From Waterburya sp. (GTDB lineage: Bacteria > Cyanobacteriota > Cyanobacteriia > Cyanobacteriales > Xenococcaceae), in NCBI GenBank assembly GCA_965217895.1, contig CBDCJV010000002.1:2880001-2944000 (forward strand): a DNA stretch of 64,000 nucleotides, read 5' to 3'. This document shows, in pieces, positions 50,707 through 59,541 of the stretch; position 1 is the first letter of the stretch, and every line of letters starts with the position of its first letter. Position numbers and translations under genes: made by a program. The notes below the pieces were generated by a model, which had not been told where the DNA came from, searched no databases, and saw only the letters and a list, made by a program, of their open reading frames with translations.

Positions 50707-51847
50707 AAGCAGGTTGACGCAGATATAAACTCAAATCTCTAATTATGCGTTCCATAGGTTCTGGTGGTAGTAAGCCCAATGTACCGATAGAACGTTGACT
50801 TAACTGAATTGTATCAAAACAAATTTGTTCGATCGCCGTTCGCACCATGTTGGCATAAGCTACTAATTTTGGGGCTTGTTCTTGGTTATCTTCAGGATAA
50901 CCGCCAAAAACGGGGGCATAGTTGTTTACCATTTGCCCTGCACTTTGAAGCCAAAGCTTACCGCTTTCAATGGCGATCGCCATTTTGCCAAAACGCTCTT
51001 GCTGTTGGGGATGTTCACAGCGATCTAGCTTCTGTAAATATTGACGACTAACGTTAAATAGAGCTTCTGCACCACCTAGCTGTACCGCAGCAAAACGAAT
51101 TACACCACCACTCAACCAAGGTTGACGAAAATAGTCTCCAGGTTTACCAATCAAAGATTTTGCTTCTACCTCTACGCCCGTAAAGTCTACCTTATAACTT
51201 ACTGTCGCCCGCATTCCTGATGGCTGCCACCAGTCAGGATCTACCACTGTTTCGACTTCATCCATTGGCATGATACACATTTGCCAACTACCGTCAGGTA
51301 ATTTACCATTTACAAAGGGACGCTCTACATAACCGCAGCCCGTACAAAAAGTTTTACTACCTTCTAATCGATACCTGCCATTATTTAAAGGGATAATTTT
51401 TACGCCATCTTTCCCTTCGGCATTCCATACCCCAAATATTTTATGTTGTCTGGCATCGGCAGCATAGGCTTCAATTTGCTCAGAAGTGCCAAAGGTTTGT
51501 ATCAGTTGCAAAGCATTAACATGACCTTCATAAATACGCCCAATAACTAGGTTTCCACGTCCAATTTCCTTGAGAAGCATCAATAACTCCTCAGTGTGAC
51601 CTGTTTCAAAACCTAACCCCAGCCCACCGAAGGGACGACTTAAAGGGGCAGTCAACAAACCTGCTGCTGCAATCTGCTTAAACTCTTCAACGGGGAAGAT
51701 TCTTTGTTTATCAAGCGAATCTGCATTAACTGCTGCAAAATCTGCTACTTTTTTAGCTTTAAGCGCGATATCTTCGATTAGCTTCGCGATCGCTTCTAAA
51801 GATAAATTCTGATTGGGTGCTGCTTTAGAGAATAGTTGGGTAGTAAT
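50636..51847 (-). CDS. Acyl-CoA dehydrogenase-like flavoprotein (probable ATT start at 51847)
   Basis: GRIYEGHVNA, LEGSKTFCTG, GMRAT and RDLSLYLRQ motifs. The frame extends 63 codons upstream of the ORF-track start through an ACAD-like N-helix (DKQRIFPVEEFKQIAAAGLL) to an ATT 7 nt after AGGAG. Confidence 0.88.
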   Translation of the reverse strand: MTTQLFSKAAPNQNLSLEAIAKLIEDIALKAKKVADFAAVNADSLDKQRIFPVEEFKQIAAAGLLTAPLSRPFGGLGLGFETGHTEELLMLLKEIGRGNLVIGRIYEGHVNALQLIQTFGTSEQIEAYAADARQHKIFGVWNAEGKDGVKIIPLNNGRYRLEGSKTFCTGCGYVERPFVNGKLPDGSWQMCIMPMDEVETVVDPDWWQPSGMRATVSYKVDFTGVEVEAKSLIGKPGDYFRQPWLSGGVIRFAAVQLGGAEALFNVSRQYLQKLDRCEHPQQQERFGKMAIAIESGKLWLQSAGQMVNNYAPVFGGYPEDNQEQAPKLVAYANMVRTAIEQICFDTIQLSQRSIGTLGLLPPEPMERIIRDLSLYLRQPAFDAALTDVGKYVLIQTDDASQLW

Positions 51848-51960
51848 GTCCCTTCTCCTAATTAAATAATTGAACCTAATTAGATTGTTGCAATTAAGGT
51901 TGTGTTGGTGCTTCTATCAAAAGATTTAAAAGCTAGTAAAGGCGATCGCAATGCTAATAA

Positions 51961-52392
51961 ATAACATTAATTGGCGATCGCACCTGTCAATATGAAATAT
52001 CTACAGATCGAAGCCAAACTATTAGGCTTTATGAAGAAAAATTGGTTACTAGCAAAGAACGTCGTGAAGTTGGTGAAGTGACTATTGGTAAAAAAATAGA
52101 AACAGAAACCAAAGAAGTAGAAATACCAGTAGAGAAAGAAAAGGTAGTAGTTAAAGTCAAAGATGTTGCTGAAGAAATTCCAGCAGAACCAGGCGAGGCT
52201 AGGTTTCAAGAGGGTGCAGTAGCAAAAGTAAAAGTTTATGAAGAAAAAGCAGAAGTTGAAAAAAAAGCTTTTGTGCGTCAGGAAGTAGAAGTTAAAAAAG
52301 AAGTGGAAGAGACAGCAGTTAAAGCTGAGGAAACTTTACGTAAAGAAGAACTAGAAATGACAGGAGAAGAAAATATTGAAATAGAAAAATAG
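51961..52392 (+). pseudogene. YsnF/AvaK (DUF2382) domain fragment lacking its N-terminal part
   Basis: IRLYEEKL..SK.R..VGEV.IGK, VEIPVEKE, VYEEKAEVEKK and LRKEEL motifs. No ATG in frame; the frame opens at 51961 next to the HIP1 at 51974-51981. Confidence 0.7.
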
Positions 52393-52418
52393 TAATTAAG
52401 CAAAATCCTACTCTTTAG

Positions 52419-52454
52419 TTTAAGGCGATCGGTAGCAATACCGATCGCCTTAAA
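52419..52454. terminator. GCAA-loop hairpin
   Basis: TTTAAGGCGATCGGTA-GCAA-TACCGATCGCCTTAAA. Confidence 0.7.
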
Positions 52455-52558
52455 TATTCTGAATTGTAATGCTATCGATTAATCTTCTGTTTCTTTTACA
52501 AAAAACTGTTATTTAAAAAAGCTTATAGCTGCACGCTGCCACCGCAGCGAGTCGCGCT

Positions 52559-52597
52559 ACTCGACGCTCTGGGCGGTTCGCGCCCAGAGCGTCGAGT
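52559..52597. repeat. GC-rich 17-bp-stem hairpin repeat
   Basis: ACTCGACGCTCTGGGCG-GTTCG-CGCCCAGAGCGTCGAGT. Confidence 0.8.
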
Positions 52598-52655
52598 TAC
52601 GAACAGTAATTCTTTGTACGACATTACTCAATCAGCAACGCCAATATTGTTATTA

Positions 52656-53102
52656 TTAGGCGTTAACTTTGTCGGTTGAAGTTGTTTGTTCTTTACCAAA
52701 GAAACCATAGTAACCTGCGATCGCACCTGACAAGCCATTAAACCAAACGTTGTTACCAAAAATGGGCATAATCCCAAAGACAGTTTTAGTTAAGGGTATC
52801 AAACCCATTGCAAAAATCAAAGCATAGCTAATTGCAAAACCTCGATTATAAAGCTTGGCATTGCCAGTGGTAGCAGCAGCAATACCTAAAATACCAACAG
52901 AAAGATGAACGAGATTATGGATAAAATTGGTAGGAAAGGCACCAAACAGCAAGCTAAATCCTTTGGCATAAATAGTGTCGGCATTCAAAGGAATACCAGA
53001 ATTGAAACTTTCTCCAGGCAGGGTAGTAAAACCAGGAATAAAGCCAGCTATGCCTAACAGAAGAAAAATGATGCCTAAAGCTAATGCACAGTTACGTTGC
53101 AT
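52656..53102 (-). CDS. DUF4383 membrane protein
   Basis: LLLGIAGFIP, FPTNFIHNLVHL and PIFGNNVW motifs. Confidence 0.85.
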   Translation of the reverse strand: MQRNCALALGIIFLLLGIAGFIPGFTTLPGESFNSGIPLNADTIYAKGFSLLFGAFPTNFIHNLVHLSVGILGIAAATTGNAKLYNRGFAISYALIFAMGLIPLTKTVFGIMPIFGNNVWFNGLSGAIAGYYGFFGKEQTTSTDKVNA

Positions 53103-53195
53103 AATTTTGTTACCTCTATTGTATTGATTGTTAATTTATTTGTTGGATGTTGAAAGTTGAGATTAGGACAAATGGTTTTCGCCCTAAAGGTTTAT

Positions 53196-54050
53196 TTACT
53201 GTTTCCCTGTACTGTGAAATCTGGGATCGGGTGCTGGAGGATCGGGCATTTCCGACTCGCCTTGAGGATTTTCCAAGTATTCAAATTCTCCTTTGCCATC
53301 GGGGGCTGGTCCTTTCGCCCAACGTCCTTCTTTACTCTCTGTCCCTTCAGATAAGTTCCAGAATTGATAGGAAGCGTGTTGCTTTTCTTGTTCTTGAGGG
53401 AAAGAACTAGGAATAGGTAAATCTTCCAAACCATCAGCTTTTAATTCTTCAATTGCTGCTATCCATTGATTCTGATGCATGGTATCGCGGGCAATCATAT
53501 AAGCCAGAGTATCTTTTACCCCAGGATCTTTTGCCATTTCATAGATTCTGACTGCCTGTAATCGTCCCTGGGCTTCTGCTTGAACGTTGGAATAAAAATC
53601 AGCCATCAGATTGCCAGAAGCAGCTACATAGCGACCATTCCAAGGATATCCTGTACTATCAGCAGGTAGCGCACCACCACCAGTAACGGTAGCGTGTTGC
53701 GGATTCATGCTTGACATGATGATGTCTTCGGCTTTCATTCCGCCCATAACGCCTTGCATGATTGGATCTTTGACTGCTTCTTCTTTTTGTTCTACTGGTG
53801 CATTATCTAATAGATAAGCCATGGTAGTTGCCAACATCTCAATATGTCCGATTTCCTCGGTGGCAATATCGAGCATCATGTCTTTATATTTAGCAGGTCC
53901 ACGACAGTTCCAGCCTTGGAAGAAATACTGCATCATTACAGTCATTTCTCCAAAAGGACCACCGATTAATTCCTGCATTTTTTTAGCCAGAATCGGATCG
54001 GGATTTTCTGGTTTGGTGAAATACTGTAGCCTTTTTTTGTGATAAAACAT
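53196..54050 (-). CDS. Manganese catalase family protein
   Basis: GGPFGE, DIATEEIGHIE, AEAQGR and ARDTMHQNQW motifs. Confidence 0.94.
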   Translation of the reverse strand: MFYHKKRLQYFTKPENPDPILAKKMQELIGGPFGEMTVMMQYFFQGWNCRGPAKYKDMMLDIATEEIGHIEMLATTMAYLLDNAPVEQKEEAVKDPIMQGVMGGMKAEDIIMSSMNPQHATVTGGGALPADSTGYPWNGRYVAASGNLMADFYSNVQAEAQGRLQAVRIYEMAKDPGVKDTLAYMIARDTMHQNQWIAAIEELKADGLEDLPIPSSFPQEQEKQHASYQFWNLSEGTESKEGRWAKGPAPDGKGEFEYLENPQGESEMPDPPAPDPRFHSTGKQ

Positions 54051-54356
54051 ATAATTTTTTTGAGATTGAAAGATCTTACTCTTGGGCAGGAAATAGTGGT
54101 TGTCCAGACTCCTATCCTCCCAAGTTTGATAAGAAGAACACTTTTTTCAATAATCATTGAACAAATGTTCGACGTTATGTAGTGCTGTTCTCATCAAACT
54201 AAAAAGGTTAGCAACTTTATTTTGATAACGGACTATTAATTAACTGCTTTGGCTAGTCTGATAAAAAGCAAGCAGTGAAAGATTAATAGTTTAGGTGAAA
54301 AAGGCGTTGAAAATTAAACTAACGCCAAACTACTTTAAAAAGACTTATTTAAGCTT

Positions 54357-54590
54357 CTAGTCGTCATCGTCATCGTCATCACCATCATGTCTGCGGTAAC
54401 GGCGTTCATCATCATCATCATCATCGCCATCGCGATAACTACGTTTTTCATCGTCATCATCATCACGTCTACGATACTCTCGATCATCATCGCGATCGCG
54501 GTAACGGCGTTCGTCATCATTATAGCGATCGCCATCAACCTTGCGTTTTAAATCTCGTTGAATCCCGTCAAACATATCTTTGATTCCCAT
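54357..54590 (-). CDS. Small Asp/Arg-rich low-complexity protein
   Basis: MGIKDMFDG start followed by repeated DDD(D)ERRYR-like units. Confidence 0.65.
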   Translation of the reverse strand: MGIKDMFDGIQRDLKRKVDGDRYNDDERRYRDRDDDREYRRRDDDDDEKRSYRDGDDDDDDERRYRRHDGDDDDDDD

Positions 54591-55271
54591 TTTTATTCTT
54601 TTTAACAATCAATAGTTTGTTCTTATTTTTAGCTTCGCAAATCGCTCGAATAGATGTGTCGGCTAACAGTTAGATCTACTCTCTGTCTTAGGAAATATAT
54701 TATTCAAAGTTAAAATTGCTTTAGAACTGATTTTTCGGTGAAGAGAAAGCGATAGGCAGTTGTAAAATTTGATTTACTAATATTTTAGTTAAGCAAATTT
54801 GCTTTAAATTCAGTCCTAACTGTAGTTAGATAAAAATTAATTTAAAATCTGTTTGCCTAAGCTATCTGAATCGTAGAAATTAACCTAAAAAAATAACGTC
54901 TGAAAAGCGTCTTGAATTGAACCTATACTTACTGAGTATATTTTTCTGTTACTAAAGTCTTAACTAGAATCAGGAAAAAGAGGCGATCGCAATATCACTC
55001 AATTTATAACACTTTGACTTGCTTTTGATCGAGCGATCGCCATGTTCTCGTTTAACTACTTCACACAATAAAATTCTTCAGCGCAGTTTGCAGAGAATTT
55101 AGATTTGCTAATTAACTTATACGTCTTATAGCTCGCTTTTCTTACCATATTCATTGCTTATCGCACTTTAACTCAGAAAAGCGATTTGTAAGTAGCGATT
55201 TTTGAAATATCTCTTATAATCTCAGGTAATACTTTTTTAAAAAATTAGTTATTCTTTACTTATTTACTTAT

Positions 55272-55739
55272 TTAGTTTTCACATTGGGCTTTAGTTATCT
55301 CATGGCGATAGCGAAACATATCTTGAAGACGAGCATTTACCCACCAACCCAAAATAAACTCTGCTAACCAGCCTCCAGGTATTTCATAGGCGATCGCATC
55401 TGTTAACTTAGTTTTACCGTTTTTGGCAACAAATTCATGACGATGTACCCATGACTCCATTAGACCTTTTGTTTGTTTATCCACAAAGAGGGAATGTGGC
55501 TGACATTCAGTATGAGTAGCAATCCAAGGTATAGGAATTCCTGCTAAAGATAAGCGAAACTCACTAATTGCCCCAACTTCTAAGCCTCCTACACGGCGAA
55601 CTATAGTCACAGGTTGCCAAGGAGGAGTTAAAAGATTTAAGATATCTGGTCGTTCGTGAAACTGCCAAACTGTTTCTACAGGAGCGTTAATTAAGCTGGA
55701 ATATTGAAAATTTTGCACAGCGAATTGCTTACCACTCAC
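55272..55739 (-). CDS. SRPBCC/cyclase-fold protein
   Basis: APVETVWQFH, LTPPW, FVDKQTKG, WVHRHEF and MFRYRH motifs. Confidence 0.88.
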   Translation of the reverse strand: MSGKQFAVQNFQYSSLINAPVETVWQFHERPDILNLLTPPWQPVTIVRRVGGLEVGAISEFRLSLAGIPIPWIATHTECQPHSLFVDKQTKGLMESWVHRHEFVAKNGKTKLTDAIAYEIPGGWLAEFILGWWVNARLQDMFRYRHEITKAQCEN

Positions 55740-57469
55740 AAAGATAAATAAGACCTAGCTGAAAGTATCGAGGTAATGGTTAAAAGAATTCCTAAAAGGA
55801 TGATTGTCCATGTTTTGTATGTACTAGAAGCACCTTTTTTGGCTGCTAAAGATGTTTGTTCTTCTAATTGCGATCGCAAATTCTCAATCAAACTATTTTG
55901 TTCATTTCCTTTAAGATCTAATAAAGCGTAGCTTTCCTTTTCTGATCCAAGCTGCTGATTTAGCTGTTCTATCAAAGCTAAATGTTCATTCATCTCACTC
56001 GCTAACTGACTGCTTTTAGCTGTTTCTTGGCTTAAATTAGCAATTTGCTTTTCTTTAGTAGCTTTTTCTTGTTCTAACAACTCTTGAATTTGACTCAGGC
56101 TTTCTTCCCTAGAAGATATTTGCTGATTCAATTCTGCTACTTGTTGCTTTTGTTCAGCCAGCTTTTGTTCAAGATCCTGATTTGCTTTATTTGCTGCTTC
56201 TATTTGCGCTTTTTGCTGTTTGACCTGTTCTTGCTTACTAGTTATTTGTTTTTGATTAGTTTGACTCTCTGCACTCAGGCGATCTATTTCTTGTTGTAGC
56301 TGTTGCTGAATATGATCGCGATCGCTTTTGGCATTATCAGCTTCATTTTGCTTTTCACTTAACTGCTGCTGTAGTTGAGTAATTGCTTCGTCTTTTTCTG
56401 TTACCTGTTGCTGGATGTTATCGCGATCGCTCTTAACACTATCAGCTTCACTTTGCTTGTCTGCTAATTGCTGCTGTAGTTGAGTAATCGCTTCTTCTTT
56501 TTCTGTTACCTGTTGCTGGATGTTATCAGCTTCACTTTCTTTTTCTGCTAACTGCTGTTGTAACTGAGTAATTGCTTCGTCTTTTTCTGTTACCTGCTTT
56601 TGGATATTATCGTGATCGCTTTTGGCATTATCAGCTTCATTTTGCTTTTCTGCTAGCTGCTGCTGTAGTTGAGTTATCGCTTCTTCTTTTTCTGTTACCT
56701 GCTTTTGGATATTATCGCGATCGCTTTTGGCATTATCAGCTTCATTTTGCTTTTCTGCTAGCTGCTGCTGTAGTTGAGTTATCGCTTCTTCTTTTTCTGT
56801 TATCTGCTTTTGCAAGTTAGCATTATTATCTTGCTGTGCGGATAATTGCTGCTCTAACTCTTTAAGACTAGCTTCACTAACTTCTTTGGCAGTTTGACTA
56901 TCAGCTTCTTGTTGTGCTAATTGTTGCTTTAACTGTTCAATTTCTTCAATTCGCTGCTGGTCTAGATTACTATCGGCTTCACTTTTTTTTGACTCAGTAT
57001 TTCCTTGTTCTGCAATTTGCTCCTGTAGTTTTTCAATCAAAGCTTCTTGATCTTGGGAGCGTTTTTTTAAAGCTTGAAAACTAGCTTTATGCTCATTAAT
57101 TTTTTCTTTTAATTCTGTCAATACCGTAGACTCATCTGCATCTTTTTCCTTTACAGAAGAATTAGCATTTGGTATATTTTCAGTGCTTATACTGCCTTCT
57201 ACCACTTCTATCTTAGTTGATGAAGCTTCTGAAGTTTCATCACCGTTTGATTCAATAGAAATAGTTTGTTCTGCTATTTGACTTGCGATCGCCAAGTTTC
57301 CTGTAACCAAGCTTTCTACAACTTTTGACTTAGATAAACCTGTCTCCAAAACAATTTTATTTAAATTTTCAACAGCCTGAGAAGTCAAAGAAATTCCCAC
57401 CTGAGATTTTTCTATAAAACTAGTTTTTTTTGGTGTTCTACCACCAGATTTAGTTTTTTTACGTGGCAT
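55736..57469 (-). CDS. Long coiled-coil repeat protein with RHH-like N-terminus and C-terminal TM anchor
   Basis: VGISLTSQAVENL...TGLSKSKVVE; five tandem heptad-multiple repeats; C-terminal WTIILLGILLTITSIL. Confidence 0.8.
   Translation of the reverse strand: MPRKKTKSGGRTPKKTSFIEKSQVGISLTSQAVENLNKIVLETGLSKSKVVESLVTGNLAIASQIAEQTISIESNGDETSEASSTKIEVVEGSISTENIPNANSSVKEKDADESTVLTELKEKINEHKASFQALKKRSQDQEALIEKLQEQIAEQGNTESKKSEADSNLDQQRIEEIEQLKQQLAQQEADSQTAKEVSEASLKELEQQLSAQQDNNANLQKQITEKEEAITQLQQQLAEKQNEADNAKSDRDNIQKQVTEKEEAITQLQQQLAEKQNEADNAKSDHDNIQKQVTEKDEAITQLQQQLAEKESEADNIQQQVTEKEEAITQLQQQLADKQSEADSVKSDRDNIQQQVTEKDEAITQLQQQLSEKQNEADNAKSDRDHIQQQLQQEIDRLSAESQTNQKQITSKQEQVKQQKAQIEAANKANQDLEQKLAEQKQQVAELNQQISSREESLSQIQELLEQEKATKEKQIANLSQETAKSSQLASEMNEHLALIEQLNQQLGSEKESYALLDLKGNEQNSLIENLRSQLEEQTSLAAKKGASSTYKTWTIILLGILLTITSILSARSYLSL
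56290..56815 (-). repeat. Intragenic tandem repeat, 105-bp unit (one unit 84 bp)
   Basis: Units of 35, 35, 28, 35 and 35 aa: Q(K/Q)Q(I/V)TEK(E/D)EAITQLQQQL.EKQ.EADNAKSDRDNI. Confidence 0.9.
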
Positions 57470-58021
57470 ACTATTTTTTATCTCCGATGTTTAGTTAAAG
57501 CTTTTTTGATTATGTATGTCCTAAACAAATTTTATTTTAATTATCATTCTAGATAAATCTATTATTTCTAAGATTTAATAACAATTTACGTAATGCTTGC
57601 TACCGTTTTATTAATTATTGATTGCTGATAAATTACCTTTTAGGTTTAATATCAAAACTTTGAACTTTGCTTTTTAACTATTATCTTTAATTACATCAAT
57701 GTTAGGTTTATACCTAATGTTTTACTTAGTATAACGATAATTTATTGTATTACGTATAAATGTGATAGACATTTTTTTAACTACTGCCTATTACCTATTA
57801 CCTACTACCTTCGAGTTAATCAGCCTCATTGTCTTAGTCCGATTTTGTACGGCTGTATTCAAGGTTTGTAGTTAGTATTGTAGAACAAAATCAATCTATT
57901 TTTTTGTTCTAGAGTATTAACTTTGCTCATTAATAATCGAGAGCAAGTTGCCAAATGCTAATCTTGCCCTCTAAATTTCAATCTATAAAATCAAACTAAC
58001 CTAAGCTACGGGCAAAGTGAG

Positions 58022-59110
58022 TTAAAAGAAGACACGGCTACGCCATTTATTCAAACGAGCTTCGCCAATATTAGCCAGGCGTTGAGCATCTGCTATTTTC
58101 TGCTCCAAATCAGCAATAGTCTGCTGGCTTTTAGTTTTCTTGGTTGATGCTTGTCGATCAGAAGTACTAGCTTCAATACTCCCTCCAGACATTCCTGTAG
58201 ATTGCCATTTGTTAGTCTCTGATGCGCCGATACTAGCAAAAGAGCTTAAACTTGCTAGTTTCTGCCGTAGCTGTTCTATTTTTTGCTCCTGTTGTTCAGA
58301 TTGTTTATCTTGACTAGAATAAGACTTAGAAACAGCAGAATTTGAATTAAGTTGATCGCTATTTTCAACTGAAACTGGTGCTTTCGCTTTTTTAGGACTT
58401 AAGGCGTTTGCCAGCAATTTATTAATATCAGTAACTCCTCCATAGCTATTAACATTGGAAGGGGGAATAATAGCACTAGGAGTATTATTAATCAAAGAAC
58501 TAGTCAAGCGAGGTTCGTCTTTGGTAGTTAGTTTCTTATCACTACAAGAAGCACCTCGCAGTAATTTAAATAGATGGGTAAAACCAACTATATTTTTGCC
58601 TGTTTGAGTCTTATAACCACAATAGTAAGGAACAATATTTTCGCCAAATTTATTTTGATACTCCTCACTATCAATGTAAGAATTAATTTCTGCCTCATAA
58701 CCTCCTTTGTCTAAAATTTGACTATGAGCATTGGTTTCAGCATAGCTATCAGGAGCGCGTCCTAATAAATGTTTAAAGTTAAGCTCAATACTACGATAAC
58801 GAGGACAGTTTTCAAAAAACCGAGACTTGTATAACTCTGATTGGGCAACCTGACGTACAAACTCGCGAACAGTAATACTACCTTCTTTGAGTTTTGATTC
58901 GGGTACGGTAAGCTTTTCACTTTCCATTACATAAGCATTACCCAAAACTTGACGGTAAATAGCACGAATTACTATTTCTACCGATTCTGCTGAATCATTA
59001 ATGCGCAATTCAGCAGGTTTTGTATCTTCATAGGAGCTAACTCCAAGTTCGGCTGCTCGACTGATTACTGGACTAATAAAAGTGCTGACCATGATCTTAA
59101 ATTTCTCCAA
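58022..59110 (-). CDS. Phycobilisome linker-domain protein with an atypical C-terminus
   Basis: IRAIYRQVLGN, ELNFKHLLGRAP and FGENIVPY motifs; no CpcD-like tail. Confidence 0.88.
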   Translation of the reverse strand: MEKFKIMVSTFISPVISRAAELGVSSYEDTKPAELRINDSAESVEIVIRAIYRQVLGNAYVMESEKLTVPESKLKEGSITVREFVRQVAQSELYKSRFFENCPRYRSIELNFKHLLGRAPDSYAETNAHSQILDKGGYEAEINSYIDSEEYQNKFGENIVPYYCGYKTQTGKNIVGFTHLFKLLRGASCSDKKLTTKDEPRLTSSLINNTPSAIIPPSNVNSYGGVTDINKLLANALSPKKAKAPVSVENSDQLNSNSAVSKSYSSQDKQSEQQEQKIEQLRQKLASLSSFASIGASETNKWQSTGMSGGSIEASTSDRQASTKKTKSQQTIADLEQKIADAQRLANIGEARLNKWRSRVFF

Positions 59111-59125
59111 ATTGTGTATTTGTTA

Positions 59126-59434
59126 TTAGCAAGAACGCTCATCAAACCTGGTATAAAAACCACCATATTTAATCCAGTACTGTTTTAATTCATGGTGGGG
59201 AGTATGTAAACTAGCTTTAGCCTGGTACAAAATCACCTGACGATGATTTCCAATCCAAACTTTACGCACAGGTTCGACAGAGATAAATGTTCCTCCTAAC
59301 CCTTTGACACATTCTTCAAATCTTTCAACTGTGGAATATTCCAGAGTTTCAAAAATAAAAAAGTTGCCTGAACAAATCAGATGACGGCTTCTGATCCAGG
59401 CTTGCATTTTTTTGCTAGCTACTGGTGGCAACAT
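59126..59434 (-). CDS. cpeR: Phycoerythrin operon regulator CpeR
   Basis: MLPP...WIRSRHLICSGNFFIFET; located after cpeT. Confidence 0.9.
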   Translation of the reverse strand: MLPPVASKKMQAWIRSRHLICSGNFFIFETLEYSTVERFEECVKGLGGTFISVEPVRKVWIGNHRQVILYQAKASLHTPHHELKQYWIKYGGFYTRFDERSC

Positions 59435-59541
59435 ACTTCTAGCTGTTAGCTCCGATATAATCATCTCTTCTTTTTATTTAATGTGGCTGTTTATAATGAT
59501 TTGGTTATTTAAAAAACAATTAGGCTTTGACGGATGGATAA

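Noticed and set aside
56290..56815. Possible CRISPR or non-coding repeat array
   Set aside because: In-frame coding repeats of a coiled-coil protein with no unique spacers.
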